Origin: Azolla caroliniana
Lineage: Eukaryota; Plantae; Polypodiophyta
DNA: 64,000 bases
Reading direction: 5' to 3'
Assembly (NCBI GenBank): GCA_043228905.1
Contig: JBHGNT010000010.1
Location: 19,344,001-19,408,000 of the forward strand
Shown: in pieces, positions 46,601-58,934 of the stretch
Numbering within the stretch: the stretch's first letter is position 1
How the letters are laid out: each line of letters starts with the position of its first letter
Translations under genes and position numbers: made by a program
The notes under the pieces: generated by a model
What the model was told of the DNA's origin: nothing
The model's input: the letters and a program-made list of their open reading frames with translations, nothing else
Database searches by the model: none

Positions 46601-47246
46601 AACAAAGGATTAAAGAAAGTCAATTAGACCGATGAATCACAAGGTAAGGTTAAGTAGAACGAGTAATAGCTGCGTCTGAGGGGTACTGATCAGCACAATC
46701 AATATCATCAGTCAACAAGTATGTAATAATAATATCAAGTGATGGAAATGAAATATGCAGTAGTAATAGTGGTCATCAATGACGCAGATTGGTACTGCAA
46801 AATATCTGATCAGGTACATTACCGAATTATCAGGACATATTGTAGAGAGAGTTAAGAAATGATGGAGGAGAAGCCATTGCAGAAGGAGAAGAAGAAGGAG
46901 AAGGAGAAAGAAGAAGCGAAAGCAGAGAGAGAGAGAGAGATTCGAGCCTTCGACGTATTAGCATCGGAGGATAAAACGCAGGCATAGCGAACTGCTCGAA
47001 AATGCTGCGCACGTCTGCTCATAGTCGGGATGTCAACCTTTCTCTCTCTCTCACTCACACACACATACAACACATACACTCGCTCTCTCAATTGAAGGGA
47101 AAAAGAAAAGGGGGGGAAGGTATCTCTCATTCATTTGAATACCTTATAAATATGTATAACTTATAAGTAATGAAGTATCATCTCATAAGTTGCGGTTGCA
47201 AGCAGGGCCAAAGCCATCACTTAAATCCATGTTTGGAAGAACTATA

Positions 47247-47262
47247 CCCCCCCCCCCCCCCC
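47247..47262 (+). repeat. Poly-C tract
   Basis: Run of about 16 C. Confidence 0.95.
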
Positions 47263-47617
47263 TCCCTCTTTATTTAGTACACAACCTTCAAAATGATAAC
47301 CCTATCTCCTCCCCCCTTCTAGTTCTTACCACAATTCGCCTCAGTTCCAATGCCAATGTTTTGCCAGTGTCTTCTCCCATTCATTTAAACTTCGTAGTCT
47401 TCCGTAGTTCTAGCTTCTTTTTACCATCTTTCAATGTTGCATGTCTTCCCCTTGTTCCAATGTTCCCACTTCCAAACATTGGTAACTCCTTGATTGAGCC
47501 TATTGTTTGACCTTGATTGCAATTGCCATTTGCTCAACCTTGACCATTTTTCAAGTGGGAGTAGAGAGCATTATGCTCTCTTTTGTTCGAATGGTTTTCT
47601 TTGATCAGTAAAGTAAT

Positions 47618-47921
47618 AATGTTGATTGGAAGTGAGAATACAATGGTGGTGCATTCGTAATGATGATGGTGGTTCGAAGTGGGGGAACTCTTGTGATAGA
47701 CCTCCAAATCATATTGATTGTGCCATTTCATACACGTTGACCTTCACATTGATGGGCAAAGAGAGTTAATATTGTTGATTGGAAGTGAGAATACAATGGT
47801 GGTGCATTCGTAATGATGATGGTGGTTTGAAGTGGGGGAACTCTCGTAATAGACCTCCAAATCATATTGATTGTGCCATTTCATACACGTTGACCTTCAC
47901 ATTGATGGACAAAGAGGGTTA
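47618..47921. repeat. Tandem duplication, about 150 bp
   Basis: TGTTGATTGGAAGTGAGAATACAATGGTGG...CCTTCACATTGATGG.CAAAGAG.GTTAA occurs twice with few mismatches. Confidence 0.95.
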
Positions 47922-48647
47922 AATCAGCTTTTAATCTAGAGGGTGTAGTTGTTGAAAGATGTACCCCTTGGGTTTTCATTCCATAATCCAGCTTCTGCTA
48001 TACTTGGAGCTTGCAAGTGGTCATGTTGGTAGCGAACATCTTGTTCAAATTGGTCCACACATCCTTTGACATCTTTGCATATTCTCACACCTAGTTGTGC
48101 ATGTCATTGGACAATCATGAAACTCACCCTATGCTTCCAACTTAGGTAGTTACTAGTTAGTGTCGGGTTCATCGAGCATTTTCTCCAAATATACTTTGAT
48201 GTGGCCCAAATAGCCTTCTCTAACAAGGACTTGATGCATCTTGAACTTCCAAAGCTTCTTGTTTGGGAGAGAGCTTCCCATTTGCATATTCATGATGGTG
48301 ATGTTTTCTAGATCTTCTTCTCTTTGTTGACTTCTTTCAACCTTCCTTCAAGGCACATGTGATGTGGTATAGCTCTTCCATGCAATGGCTAAACATATCA
48401 ACACATATACGCAAGCAAGCATATGAGCAAAATTCAACGACTTCAATGATGCAATACACAATGTTGATTATTAACTTAGATACTTCGATCCCATTTGAAG
48501 TAGCGAATATAATTTATGTTGTACTATAATAGATCGAGTAGGATGTGTGTGTGTGTGATGATCAAAAGACAATGTATTAAGCAAAATGAATTTTATTATA
48601 TAAATGATAAAACAACAAATAAACTATATAAACAAACAATTTAGCAA

Positions 48648-48874
48648 AGATAAATCAACATTACATAACAAAGAGTGGCTTGATTAATGGAAAGGTAATG
48701 CATTGATTAAGACAATGATGATCTTTAATACCCATGCCTCAAGGAGTGTATGCTCACACACATGCCAGATAAATCAACATTACATAACAAAGAGTGGCTT
48801 GATTAATGGAAAGGTAATGCATTGATTAAGACAATGATGATCTTTAATACCCATGCCTCAAGGAGTGTATGCTC
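48648..48874. repeat. Near-perfect tandem duplication, about 119 bp period
   Basis: AGATAAATCAACATTACATAAC...CCTCAAGGAGTGTATGCTC occurs twice. Confidence 0.95.
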
Positions 48875-48924
48875 TCAGACTCAAGAGTATCATAGTGTCA
48901 AGCAAAGAACCAACTAGGCTTTCC

Positions 48925-49230
48925 TTTAACTACAAGCAAGTCTCCATGCCTCCAAAGGATGAAGAAAAGATAACCTTCATCACCAAGATGAGATCATTTA
49001 GGCTCAAAAAAATCTCGACAACATTTCAACATATCATCATTGAGATTCTCAAATTATTAATACATTTGTTTATACAAGGGCTCCTCGATAATGTAAAGTG
49101 TTCAAACTAGTAAGTGACCATCACACCACCTCACTTAGTGTTCGACAAAATGCTAAGAGGGCCAAATCAATCCAAGGCCCATTTTCAGTTATCATCAACA
49201 TTATCCTTGAGCACATTATTTGGCATGATA
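48925..49230 (+). mobile_element. Decayed Gypsy RT fragment
   Basis: YKQVSMPPKDEEKITFIT..FRLKKISTTFQH resembles the RT consensus YxQI..DxxKTAF..FGLKNAPATFQR. Confidence 0.6.
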
Positions 49231-49739
49231 GGATTCCAAGGCCCATTTTGCACGGAACCACGAGGGTCTTGAATTGGGGAACATGGACCAAAGTAGTTAT
49301 TTGTTTGTTGTCTACCGCAAAAGATGGTACTTGAGTTGACTTCGAACAGTTTTGTGCAAGGATGTGTGTATCTACAAGCAGGTTATCTGTAGATGTATTT
49401 GTAAATGTAAACATTCATGTTATAAATTTTAGTTGTGTGTGAGATTATATGTTCATGTAAATGTGTTATATATGCGCTTTATTTTGTGATGTGAGTATGT
49501 GTATATATGAGCAGGTTGCATGTGAATGTGTTTGTAAATGGGAACATTCATGTTATAAATTTTAGTTGCGTGTGAGATTATATGTCTGTGTAAATGTGTG
49601 GGCATATTTGTAAATGTGAATGTATTGAGCAAATGTACACATATGTTTAAATCTGTATGTGTTATTGAAAAATGCATTAATGTTTTCTGAATGTGTTCCA
49701 TGTGTGTATATGTGGTTTTGTTTTTTATTTCAAAAAGAC

Positions 49740-50880
49740 GCTACTTTTCCATGAGAGATTATTACAAAAAGCCTATACAAGGTGACTTATACACAAATTG
49801 GGGAATCACCCTCCGACGCGTAATTCAAGAATATGAGACTACATACATATCCTTTCAAACTAACTACTTAATGTAAGTAGGTACCTATAGCTATAAACTA
49901 GTGCCCTTCATCATCAGATCTTGTGGCCTACAACGAAGGGAGGGTAGGAGGTGAGTAGGAAACAACCAGCGTAGGGGCTGGTAGTTCCATCTTGGGCAAT
50001 TTCCTCCTTGCGTCACCATCGATGCGTTCCATCATTTCTGCCAAAAGCGCAAATCGGCAACGACCACATCATTAGAGTAGCCGTAAACCTTGTCCAATTG
50101 CCCTTGTAAGTAGTTGATAATCGTGAACCATATATCCATGATCAATTCCTCTGGGGGGTGTACCAAATATTGGAAAACTTTTAGGCAGCATGCTTTCCAA
50201 ATCTCCCAGGACCAAGGGTATTCTATCGTCAACTAGTCGGAAGCCTTATCTATCTCACCATCACTCGGCCTGACCTCAGCAATACAGTCGGCCTCCTTAG
50301 CAAGTTCATGCAAATTCCGCGTGACATACACTTCGATTGTGCTAAGCAAGTGTTACGTTATGTGAGTGGGATGATGGATTTCGGCATTCTCTACAAATCG
50401 GGCACACCAATTCGACTCGAAGGGTATACTGATGTTGATTGGCCCGACTACAAAGCCAACAGACAATCGACATCCGGATTCGTCTTCTCCCTCGGTAGTG
50501 AAGCCATATCATGGAGCACCAAAAAATAGCTCAAATCGGGTCTTGACACGTTTACCTCTTCTGCATTCATAGCACCAATTGTCTGCATTGATGGAGTTCG
50601 TCGAGCTATTAACAGAGAGATTGAGCCAAGCCGCTGCGCTCCACGATGTTCTTCCTTCTCAATCACTTTGTCCCATACCATCTGAGCTTGAGAGCAATCC
50701 CACAAACAGTGTCTTAGAGTATCAATAGGTGAAGAACAATGTGGGCAAGTTATCAGGCTGCCATGTTTACCTAGCCATCCGCCAACGGGGACCAAAGTAT
50801 GACCAATCTGCTACAAAAATAGCTTGATCTTCTTAGGCACGTGGAGACTCCAAAGACTCTTTGAAAAGGTATTGAGCACC
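49740..50880 (-). mobile_element. LINE 3' remnant (zf-RVT), interrupted by a Copia fragment
   Basis: Minus-strand CPHCSSPIDTLRHCLWDCSQAQMVW and WEIWKACCLKVF. Confidence 0.75.
50224..50529 (+). mobile_element. Ty1/Copia RT-RNase H junction fragment
   Basis: YRQLVGSLIYLTITRPDLS..V.LLSKFMQ.P...H...AKQVLRYV.G...LEGYTDVDW...RQSTSGFVFSLGSEAISWSTKK, a canonical Copia motif. Confidence 0.93.
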
Positions 50881-52339
50881 TCGTCAAGGATGTTGTATGT
50901 GGTTTTGTTTATATGTGTGTGTAGGTGTAAACGTGTGTTAATATGTATATGTATGGTTACGTGAAATTGTTTAGGAAAGGAGGGGAGGAGGTGCTTTAAG
51001 AATTTAAAAATTAGGACAAACTTTGGTAAAAATGGGAAAGGGTGATCTAGGCATATAGAACTTAGGGGAGAGTATTTTGGGAAGATAACATTTTAGACGG
51101 GTTTGGATTAAGCATCTTCAAAGGACATAATCACACATTTCATTCTTGTTGGTACTCCAATATAACCTTATAGACGACCTATTCCTTGAGATTATTTGAC
51201 CAATAAGGTGGTTGCTATTAATTATGAGCTCATCAATTGTGTGTGCTTTATTCCAAGCTCTTAAAATTGAGAAAAAATCTTGCAGCGATACAAACCCTTC
51301 TTCATCTATGTACAAAATATCCTTCCCTTAGTTTTAAAAAAGGCACATCAGCTAAAACACTATGCTTTCCGTAGAGATTCTGCGTATCCAAGTTGACAAG
51401 TTTTGTCATTCAATGGTGGGGACATATTATCAACATAGATTGTACATATTATCAATGGTTGGTTGATAACCTAAGCATCGTGTACTGAACATGGATGTCG
51501 CTCCTTGCGGAGCTCGACCATATTTGATGCTACGCCACATATATTCTAATTAATCTTCTCACTTCAACAAGGATGGTAGCGAGCATGTCAAATTGCAGAG
51601 ATCATGGACCCTTGCTCTTATCTTTTAGGATCCCCTTAGAGTTGGCATTTATGTAACACCATCCACAAGAGTTTCTATGAGTTCCCTTTGGGCTTGGGTC
51701 TTTCACCCTTGAGTCCTTATCTTGATCTAGGATCCTTTCAGGGGTGGCATTTGTTTAATAGGCATCCTCTAATCATTGTTAGAGTTTTTGCTTCTACTCT
51801 TGTTTAATAGGCATCCTTTTCCTTGGCCTTCTACATGAATGTCCACTTGAATATAGGGGTTACAGTGAGGGCCAACAAAGATTTGGTTCACACACACCAT
51901 CTTTGTATTCTCAATGAGCATAAGTTGAACTTAAGGTAAGATTCAATAAACATTTGGGTTCACACATGGCGTGTCCCCATAATGGACTCATAAGGACCAT
52001 TGAACACCAATGGGCATCTCGTGTGGATGAGGAATATTACTTAATGCACAATGTAAACAAGGGGGAAAGGGAATGTTAACAAAAAATGAGCTAGGCAATA
52101 TTATAAACCTTTAGGTCCGAGTTAAAATATCTTGAAATAGGAATATAATCATTGTCTCCAATGTGACTAAAAAGAATATGGAACCTGATGGAATTTCCAA
52201 ATGGAAATGGTTTGGCAAATGTATAGATTATAAAGCCTTAAAAATTATTGAAAATCAGGTTAACCCTGCTTATTAAGAGTGACTATTACTAGTGATTCTT
52301 GATTCTATTTTAAGTTTCGGCCTATCTTTCAAATACTAA

Positions 52340-52565
52340 GATAATAAACATACGTCAAAGTTTACAAACTCCTTGGAGAATAACTATTTGACGAATGAGG
52401 TAAGACATGTATCCTTTAGAAACCTTGGTCAAAAATATAGGCAAAAGTTTTCAAAATCCTTGAAAAATAACCATTTGATGAATGAGGTAAGATTGAATAT
52501 ATTCTTTAAAAACCTAGGTCATAAACATAGGCAAATGTTTTCAAACATTTGTGGAGAACAATAAC
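52340..52565. repeat. Degenerate tandem repeat, about 85-90 bp unit
   Basis: Repeated CAAAAGTTTTCAAA.TCCTTG.A.AATAAC.ATTTGA.GAATGAGGTAAGA. Confidence 0.7.
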
Positions 52566-54462
52566 CCTTCGTTGGTAATGTCCCTTGTTTTACCCCTACT
52601 CTAAAAGTATTCTTTTACCTCATGATTTTCTAACAACGTATGTTCATAACATGTTTTTACTTGTATATATCATCATTCAAACACGAGATTAATCATTTGA
52701 ATTAAATTCACTATCGTTTAAGAATCCACATATTTTGTGTTTCTTATGGCTTATCAGTCATGACTTGTGACTCTCTCATGTAAAGTTCCACTATGACCAA
52801 ATATTAAAATATAATTCCCTTTTATGTTGATAGAATGTAATTCTTTACACAAATTATTTCATTTATTGGCTAGAATAATAACATTCATCTATGTATCCTT
52901 CTATTGATCATGACATTGTATACCGCTCTATAAATCCACAATGAAGATCATGCATAACTCTTAATCCAATGATGTTGAAAAATGGAGGACAGTTTTGTAT
53001 GAATATATTTTTTGCATTATATAGGTTGATCATATATTTTGTATTATACATGTTGATCGTATATTTTGCACTTTTTCAAGCAAAAAAGAACATGTTCTTT
53101 GGGCACATCATAAAATTTACATTGTAAACATCTTGGACTTTTATAACTCTAGTGTTTGAGTTACTGATGTTGAGGTGTGAAAGTTGGTGGGCCATTGATA
53201 TTAGAGAAGGACAACATTTTCACACAAGGTATGTTTTGCATGTTTACAACACAACATGTGTTATAGGCATAACCCTAGGGACCAATTCTAAACATTAATT
53301 TCAATAATCTAATGGCATAATATATATGGGAATGAGCAAATATTACAAAATTCGACTCTAATGGTAAACAATGAAGGACAAGAGATGAAAGTAAAATATC
53401 AACGGCATCCCAAAACACCAAATATCACCTTATGCTATACATTGGAATTGAAATCAATGAATCCGAAAGAAGAGAGATTTGGCTCATTCTTAGAATCTCA
53501 ACAAAGTCTCAAGATATCATAATGAAGGAGATATCTAGTCCCTTTTACATAGCCCAATTCCTTACCGTCCCAAACCGTTGTGTCAAAATCTTTATGGGTT
53601 TGTCCCAAGTCATAGAATAATTAGTTTACCATTTATACTACCCTTAAACATTGAAAAATAGCCATTACAATTGTTACTTAAGGTCTTGCCTCTAACAATA
53701 TCCCATTCCATAGATAAAATGTCCTAAAAATATGCTGAGAGTTTTTGAAAGGTCGTGTGTAGGAAGAAAGAAGGATAAGGTTTGAAACATTATCCAAGGA
53801 GATTTGCACCTAGGAATTAGGTTATCTAAGAAACAAAGACTTTTGTACTCTATCCTAGGAAAGTAATGGTACTTTAGTATGGTGCTTAATTTGCACAACA
53901 TAGACAATTAGTTTCTCATTCTTAAGCATGGATTATTATACAACAATCTTCATTTTCGTTTTTTCAACCACTCATATGTTTAGAGCCTCATTTCCCTTCC
54001 AATTATTACATCTTGAGATCATTACCGTAAATTCAAGAGCTATAGCAAGCAAATCAAGACAATTTGTTATACGTCACCAGTGCATACAAAAACATTTTGT
54101 TTTGAAGGGACAAACATGCATGCATCACAAATAATGATGATCTTTAGGCACTTATACATTGTGATTCATGGCTTAAATTTTGTTGTTGTAAAAAGCATAT
54201 CATGTACTTGTATGCTTTATCCAATTGAAATAACATTTAAACAATGAGGATCTTTTGGCATATATATCTTGTGATCCATAGTTATTTTACCATTTTTTTA
54301 ACACATCATTTTAATAAACAAAAAGTAAGGTGTATACATTTTTAGAATATAATCACATTTTGATGATTGTACGAACAAATAAACATCCCAAACCTTGTAT
54401 TTATAAAAGAAAATGCTTATAATTTCCAATATTTTGATTTAAAAGTGAATTGGAATTATTTA

Positions 54463-55527
54463 GGGAAAAGTACTAGGATACCCCTGGAAGTTCGTCTATT
54501 TACCAAAATGCCCCTGGAAGTTCCAAATTTACCAAACTACCCCTACGTCCAAAAAAATACACTTTATAAGGTAATTATACACTCAAATCTACAAGCCTTA
54601 TTTACCATAGTACCCTTAAACCTAAGCTTATTTACCATAATGCCACTATATACCTATTTTGACCAATTTATACCACTTTTATTTTTCAAAATACATCATA
54701 AATCAAACTAAATTATCAAAATTATATTATATATCAAAAATTTCAATTAAAAGGTCACCTTAAAATCCAATTCTATGAATTTACACCGAGTTATACTGGC
54801 TTAATCCCATAAAACCAAAATTTGTGATTGAAGTGACCAAAACTTAATCTTAAAACCAAAACATTTGATCGCACACCAAATTTTACCATTGGGATGCCAT
54901 TTTGAAGCCAAAATCCATGAGTTTGCGGATTCACAAACATTTTTGCGGCCAAAATGTTAAACCAAATCTCACGAAAAACTTTGCTTCCAAAATGTCATTT
55001 TAAACGAAATCTCACAAAACACTTTGCTATTAAAATGCCATCTTTAACCAAATTTCATGATTTTACACTAAATTTTGTTAGCAAAATGCAATCACAACTA
55101 AATCTCTTCAATTTCAAAAATACTTGCAAACCAAATTTAATTATCGAAATGTAATAATTACATGTTAATTTTGATCTGTCTACAAAAAGTGTAATTCCAA
55201 AAATATCCACAAAATCAAATATATCTATCGACTCAACAAAATATCTAATAATGCACAAGGTAATCCCATATCTTGATGATGAAGACGATTGATCAACCCA
55301 ATGAACAAGAAAGAAAAGATTGTTAGGTACAAAGGACCCAAAGAATCGCTCAAGTAAAGAAATTTGTGTTTGAAGGGTATTTTGGTCAATAAGGCTTGTA
55401 GATTTGAGTGTATAATTGCTTTATAAAGTGTATTTTTTTGGACATAGGGGTAGTTTGGTAAATTTGGAATTTCCAGGGGCATTCTGGTAAATAGACAAAC
55501 TTCCAGGGGTATCCTGGTACTTTTCCC
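54463..55527. mobile_element. Non-autonomous Mutator-like foldback DNA transposon with TIRs of about 155 bp
   Basis: 54463-54620 (GGGAAAAGTACTAGGATACCCCTGGAAG...) is the near-exact reverse complement of 55370-55527 (...CTTCCAGGGGTATCCTGGTACTTTTCCC). The interior is AT-rich and non-coding. Confidence 0.88.
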
Positions 55528-56799
55528 ATATAATTATCATATGTGCTTGAATAACAAAGATGGAGGATGCGTAAGACACTATCCTCTTTTCTCACATAAA
55601 GACTCATTGATGACCATGTTTAAACTTAGAATTCTTAAGTAACCCTTCTTCTATAACTTACAACTTGATATCTCCTTTAGGAACAATTAAAACACATTCT
55701 TTTTGGCATGGAATTCCATGTCCTTTTGATATAAAATATAAAATACTTTACATAGACCGAGAAGAAAATCTCCAAGTCATATAGCTTTTCTTAATAATAC
55801 TCACTCTCCTTTTATTTATTGATGCTAGACAATGAATGTTGGTGTGGGGTTAAGTCTCTCCATGTATGATTGGAATATCGACATTAGGCACACGGGCAAA
55901 GAGGGAACATATTGGGAAAAAGGGAAGAAGAGATAAAGAGATAAAAAGATAAAGAGAGAAGGAACCTAAGAGGTTAATGTCCTCGGGAAGAAAACGACAT
56001 GATTTATGGACCCAAAAATGTCACCCATCATGCTCTCCTCTAATAATATAGCAAGTAAAACGCATGCCACTAAGGAGAGAAAATACATATGTGCCTAAAA
56101 GGCAGGGGCTAGTTGTGTGTTTGACAAAGGAACCATTGATAATTGATGATGGGCATGAGTAACCATTATTACATTATTGTTGTATGGAAACTCCTCATTT
56201 AATTAGGGTAAACTATGCATATATATATATATAAGGAGAATGTAGGCATGTACTATGAGCCATCTGTCCCACCCATCTATCCCGAAGTGTGGTTCATTGG
56301 TTTCATCGAATGCTCCTATTTCTCTAGTAGTTCATCCAGGTGACACGGCAAAAGGTCGTGTGAGTGTGTGATGAGGCTTCAGATGTTTGCAATGCCCATA
56401 TACATGTGCAAGTGAGTAGTGATTCTCTATGTTCAAGGACTTTTTCAATGAATGTTGGGATAGAGAGTGCACATTGTGATTGTGAGAGAAATTTGTGTAA
56501 GGATTGAGTTTGGTCGAATATGTGTGGAAAGCATAGTCGAATATGATCAAAGGTAGAGCATTGTATTCAAATGTGATAGGCTCTCAAAGTTGTTTAGGGC
56601 AAAGCATACATAGTCGACCAATCTCATCACACACACACACACATAAATCATCGGTCAATGTAGTTAACAACAATAGAAACAAGGAACCATTGGCAATGAT
56701 GCACATACTAAACACAAGGTCTGGGCCTCATATTGTATTCTTCATCAGTTTTCATTCTCTTCAATCAAGTGAATTCTTGTTTTCTCTCTTATTCATTGA

Positions 56800-57605
56800 A
56801 AATCTCTTTTATCTTAGTCCAATATGACATCAAAGATAACGGACATGAACATGAATTCTTCACAATCCATGGGGAACATTGATATGGAAATAAGTGCTTT
56901 AAAAGAGTGATGATATCCTAGAACATAACATATGTGAAGAACTAGGGAACTCCAAAAGACAAGGAAATCACTAGAAAGAAGTTGGCATATGTTGAGACAA
57001 CATATGTAGATGAGGGTCACAAGGATGCTCCTAACCAGGATCATTTATGGAGGATTGTAATTTGTGAATGTCTCATTGTCTAATATTGTATAGGAGAATA
57101 AAAATGAAACATGTAAGGACATGCATGATGTAAAAGTCAATACTAAGATAGTTTTGTAGTATTTTGTTTATTTGGAAACTCGCTTTCGTAAATCAGATCA
57201 AACAGTGGTTAACAATCATATATACATGCAGGCCCACAAGGGTTTTATGATGTATTTCATCATCTTGAACATCAAAGTGCATTGTTGGAGAAAGTTCTCG
57301 TGTTCTTTAATGAATGGTTGGTGTAGGTATAGACTATCATGCTTTGTTGAAATAGGAGTACTTGGTTTGGGTGAATATGGAGCCGCACATTTGCTTGTAA
57401 AGTGATGTATCCCCACATACAAATGCTTCAAACAAGAGCAAATTTTCTGTTATGGGATACAAGGCATAAGAGGCTAGGATGGGTGCATACACCTAGTATG
57501 AAGCAACTTTATTTTAAATTGAAGTGATAGACATTTGCATGTCATTGCTTTGGATGTAGTGAATGGGCTCACTTCATGGTTAAATGCCAACATCATTCTC
57601 CTTTA
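56800..57605 (+). mobile_element. Decayed LTR-retrotransposon remnant with a gag zinc knuckle
   Basis: 57546-57587 translates CFGCSEWAHFMVKC, an exact CX2CX4HX4C. The upstream part is only weakly recognisable. Confidence 0.5.
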
Positions 57606-58060
57606 TGTTGGCCAGCAAAGACTTAAAAGCCGGATAAAGTCCAGAATGGGAAAAGATAATTTATATATAATTATTTTAAGAAGCGAATGGACGGACCCGG
57701 AATTGGTATACTGATTCGGATCCGGATTGGTTCGTGGCCAGTTGTCGGTTGGTACCGGTTCGCACCCAGAGCCGGTGACCTATAAAAGGACCCAGTTAGA
57801 TTGTAATCAATTAGTTGTTTATTAATGAAAGTGTTGTTCTGCAACATCTTGTTAATCCTTGAAGCTTTTAGTTAATTACTATTCTGTGCTTAATATACTC
57901 TATCTTACGCGTGTATTATGATCATTAACCACGCCGGTTAATAGCCGGTTAGGAATACGTTTGCATTACGGTTTGCGCCTACCCCACTTGCACCACCCTT
58001 TGGTGAAGTGTCCTAGAGGGACACCTTGTGTTAGGGCTAGTCTGGCCCCAAGGGGTAACA
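57606..58060 (+). mobile_element. Probable solo LTR (455 bp)
   Basis: TGTT...AACA termini, flanks CTTTA/CTTTG (4/5 TSD match), TATA-like CTATAAAAG at about 57780, and CpG-richer than the flanks. Confidence 0.72.
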
Positions 58061-58857
58061 CTTTGTCAAAGGAGATCATTAATGACATGTAAGGAAGAAG
58101 TTCGAAGAAATGTTAGAATGTTCGATATTGTACTTCAGTAAATCAATTATTTGTCAAAAGGTATTAGGCATGTCTAGAAACTAAAGCTTTATCTAGTTAT
58201 CCTAAGCAATATTGAAAGAAAAGTCATAAACATATCAACAAATAGGAACACATTCCCACTAAACCCCAAAATGCATGAAATTGCAAATTAAGTTGGGGTT
58301 GAATAGCGATCCTATCATGTATGCAACAAATAAACTCAAATAGGTGAAGAATCTCACATATTCTTGACGCCAACATATATAACTCTCATTACGAATCGTG
58401 ACTAAGATATTTACAATTGTAATCGGCATTGATATAGAATGGATCTGCTAAAAAAAGTGTGTTTGGAGGAATACCATTTCTAAGTATCCAAGGCCACAAA
58501 TGGAGTGACCAATACGTTTGGCAATGATAACGAGGGAAAACCTAAAATTTCCCAAAGAGTTCCCCTAAGTTTTTGTTGTTTCTTCCAAATCTACTCTGAA
58601 AGAGGGACAGATTGGCCATATCGATTGGCCATATCGTTGCTTTCAAGATACATCATATGATTGAGGATAAAGGTTATAAATCGACGCCACATATGATTGG
58701 GTGAGTAGCACATATGAATGCCCAAGGAAGGGAGGGCAGCATTTCGGGAAATACAGAAACCTAGGGGCATTATAGGAGATAAAGGAAACTAAGGGGTATT
58801 TTGGAATAATTACCCTAATGTATAATGCACAACACAAGCCAAGAGGACCTTAAACAA

Positions 58858-58880
58858 CCCCCCCCCCCCCCCCCCCCCCC
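58858..58880 (+). repeat. Poly-C tract just upstream of the second PPR gene
   Basis: Run of about 23 C. Confidence 0.95.
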
Positions 58881-58934
58881 AATCCAACCAAAAAATAGTT
58901 GGAGGAAGGGCCCAATTGGCATTTCATCTCTTTC

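Larger units (their letters stand above)
47190..48300 (-). mobile_element. Decayed Ty1/Copia-like gag remnant
   Basis: Minus-strand fragments resemble a Copia gag N-terminus (WKFKM-like, 'KDVKGCVD', 'TIVFSLP'). Many stops. Confidence 0.45.

Noticed and set aside
46827-46832. U-to-C editing removing the MAP65 uORF stops (TGA/TAA to CGA/CAA)
   Set aside because: Such editing is established only for organellar transcripts, and this is a nuclear intron-containing gene.
54367-55482. Two similar ORFs (MPLEVPNLPNYPYVQKNTLYK) on opposite strands
   Set aside because: They are translations of the two TIRs of the foldback element.
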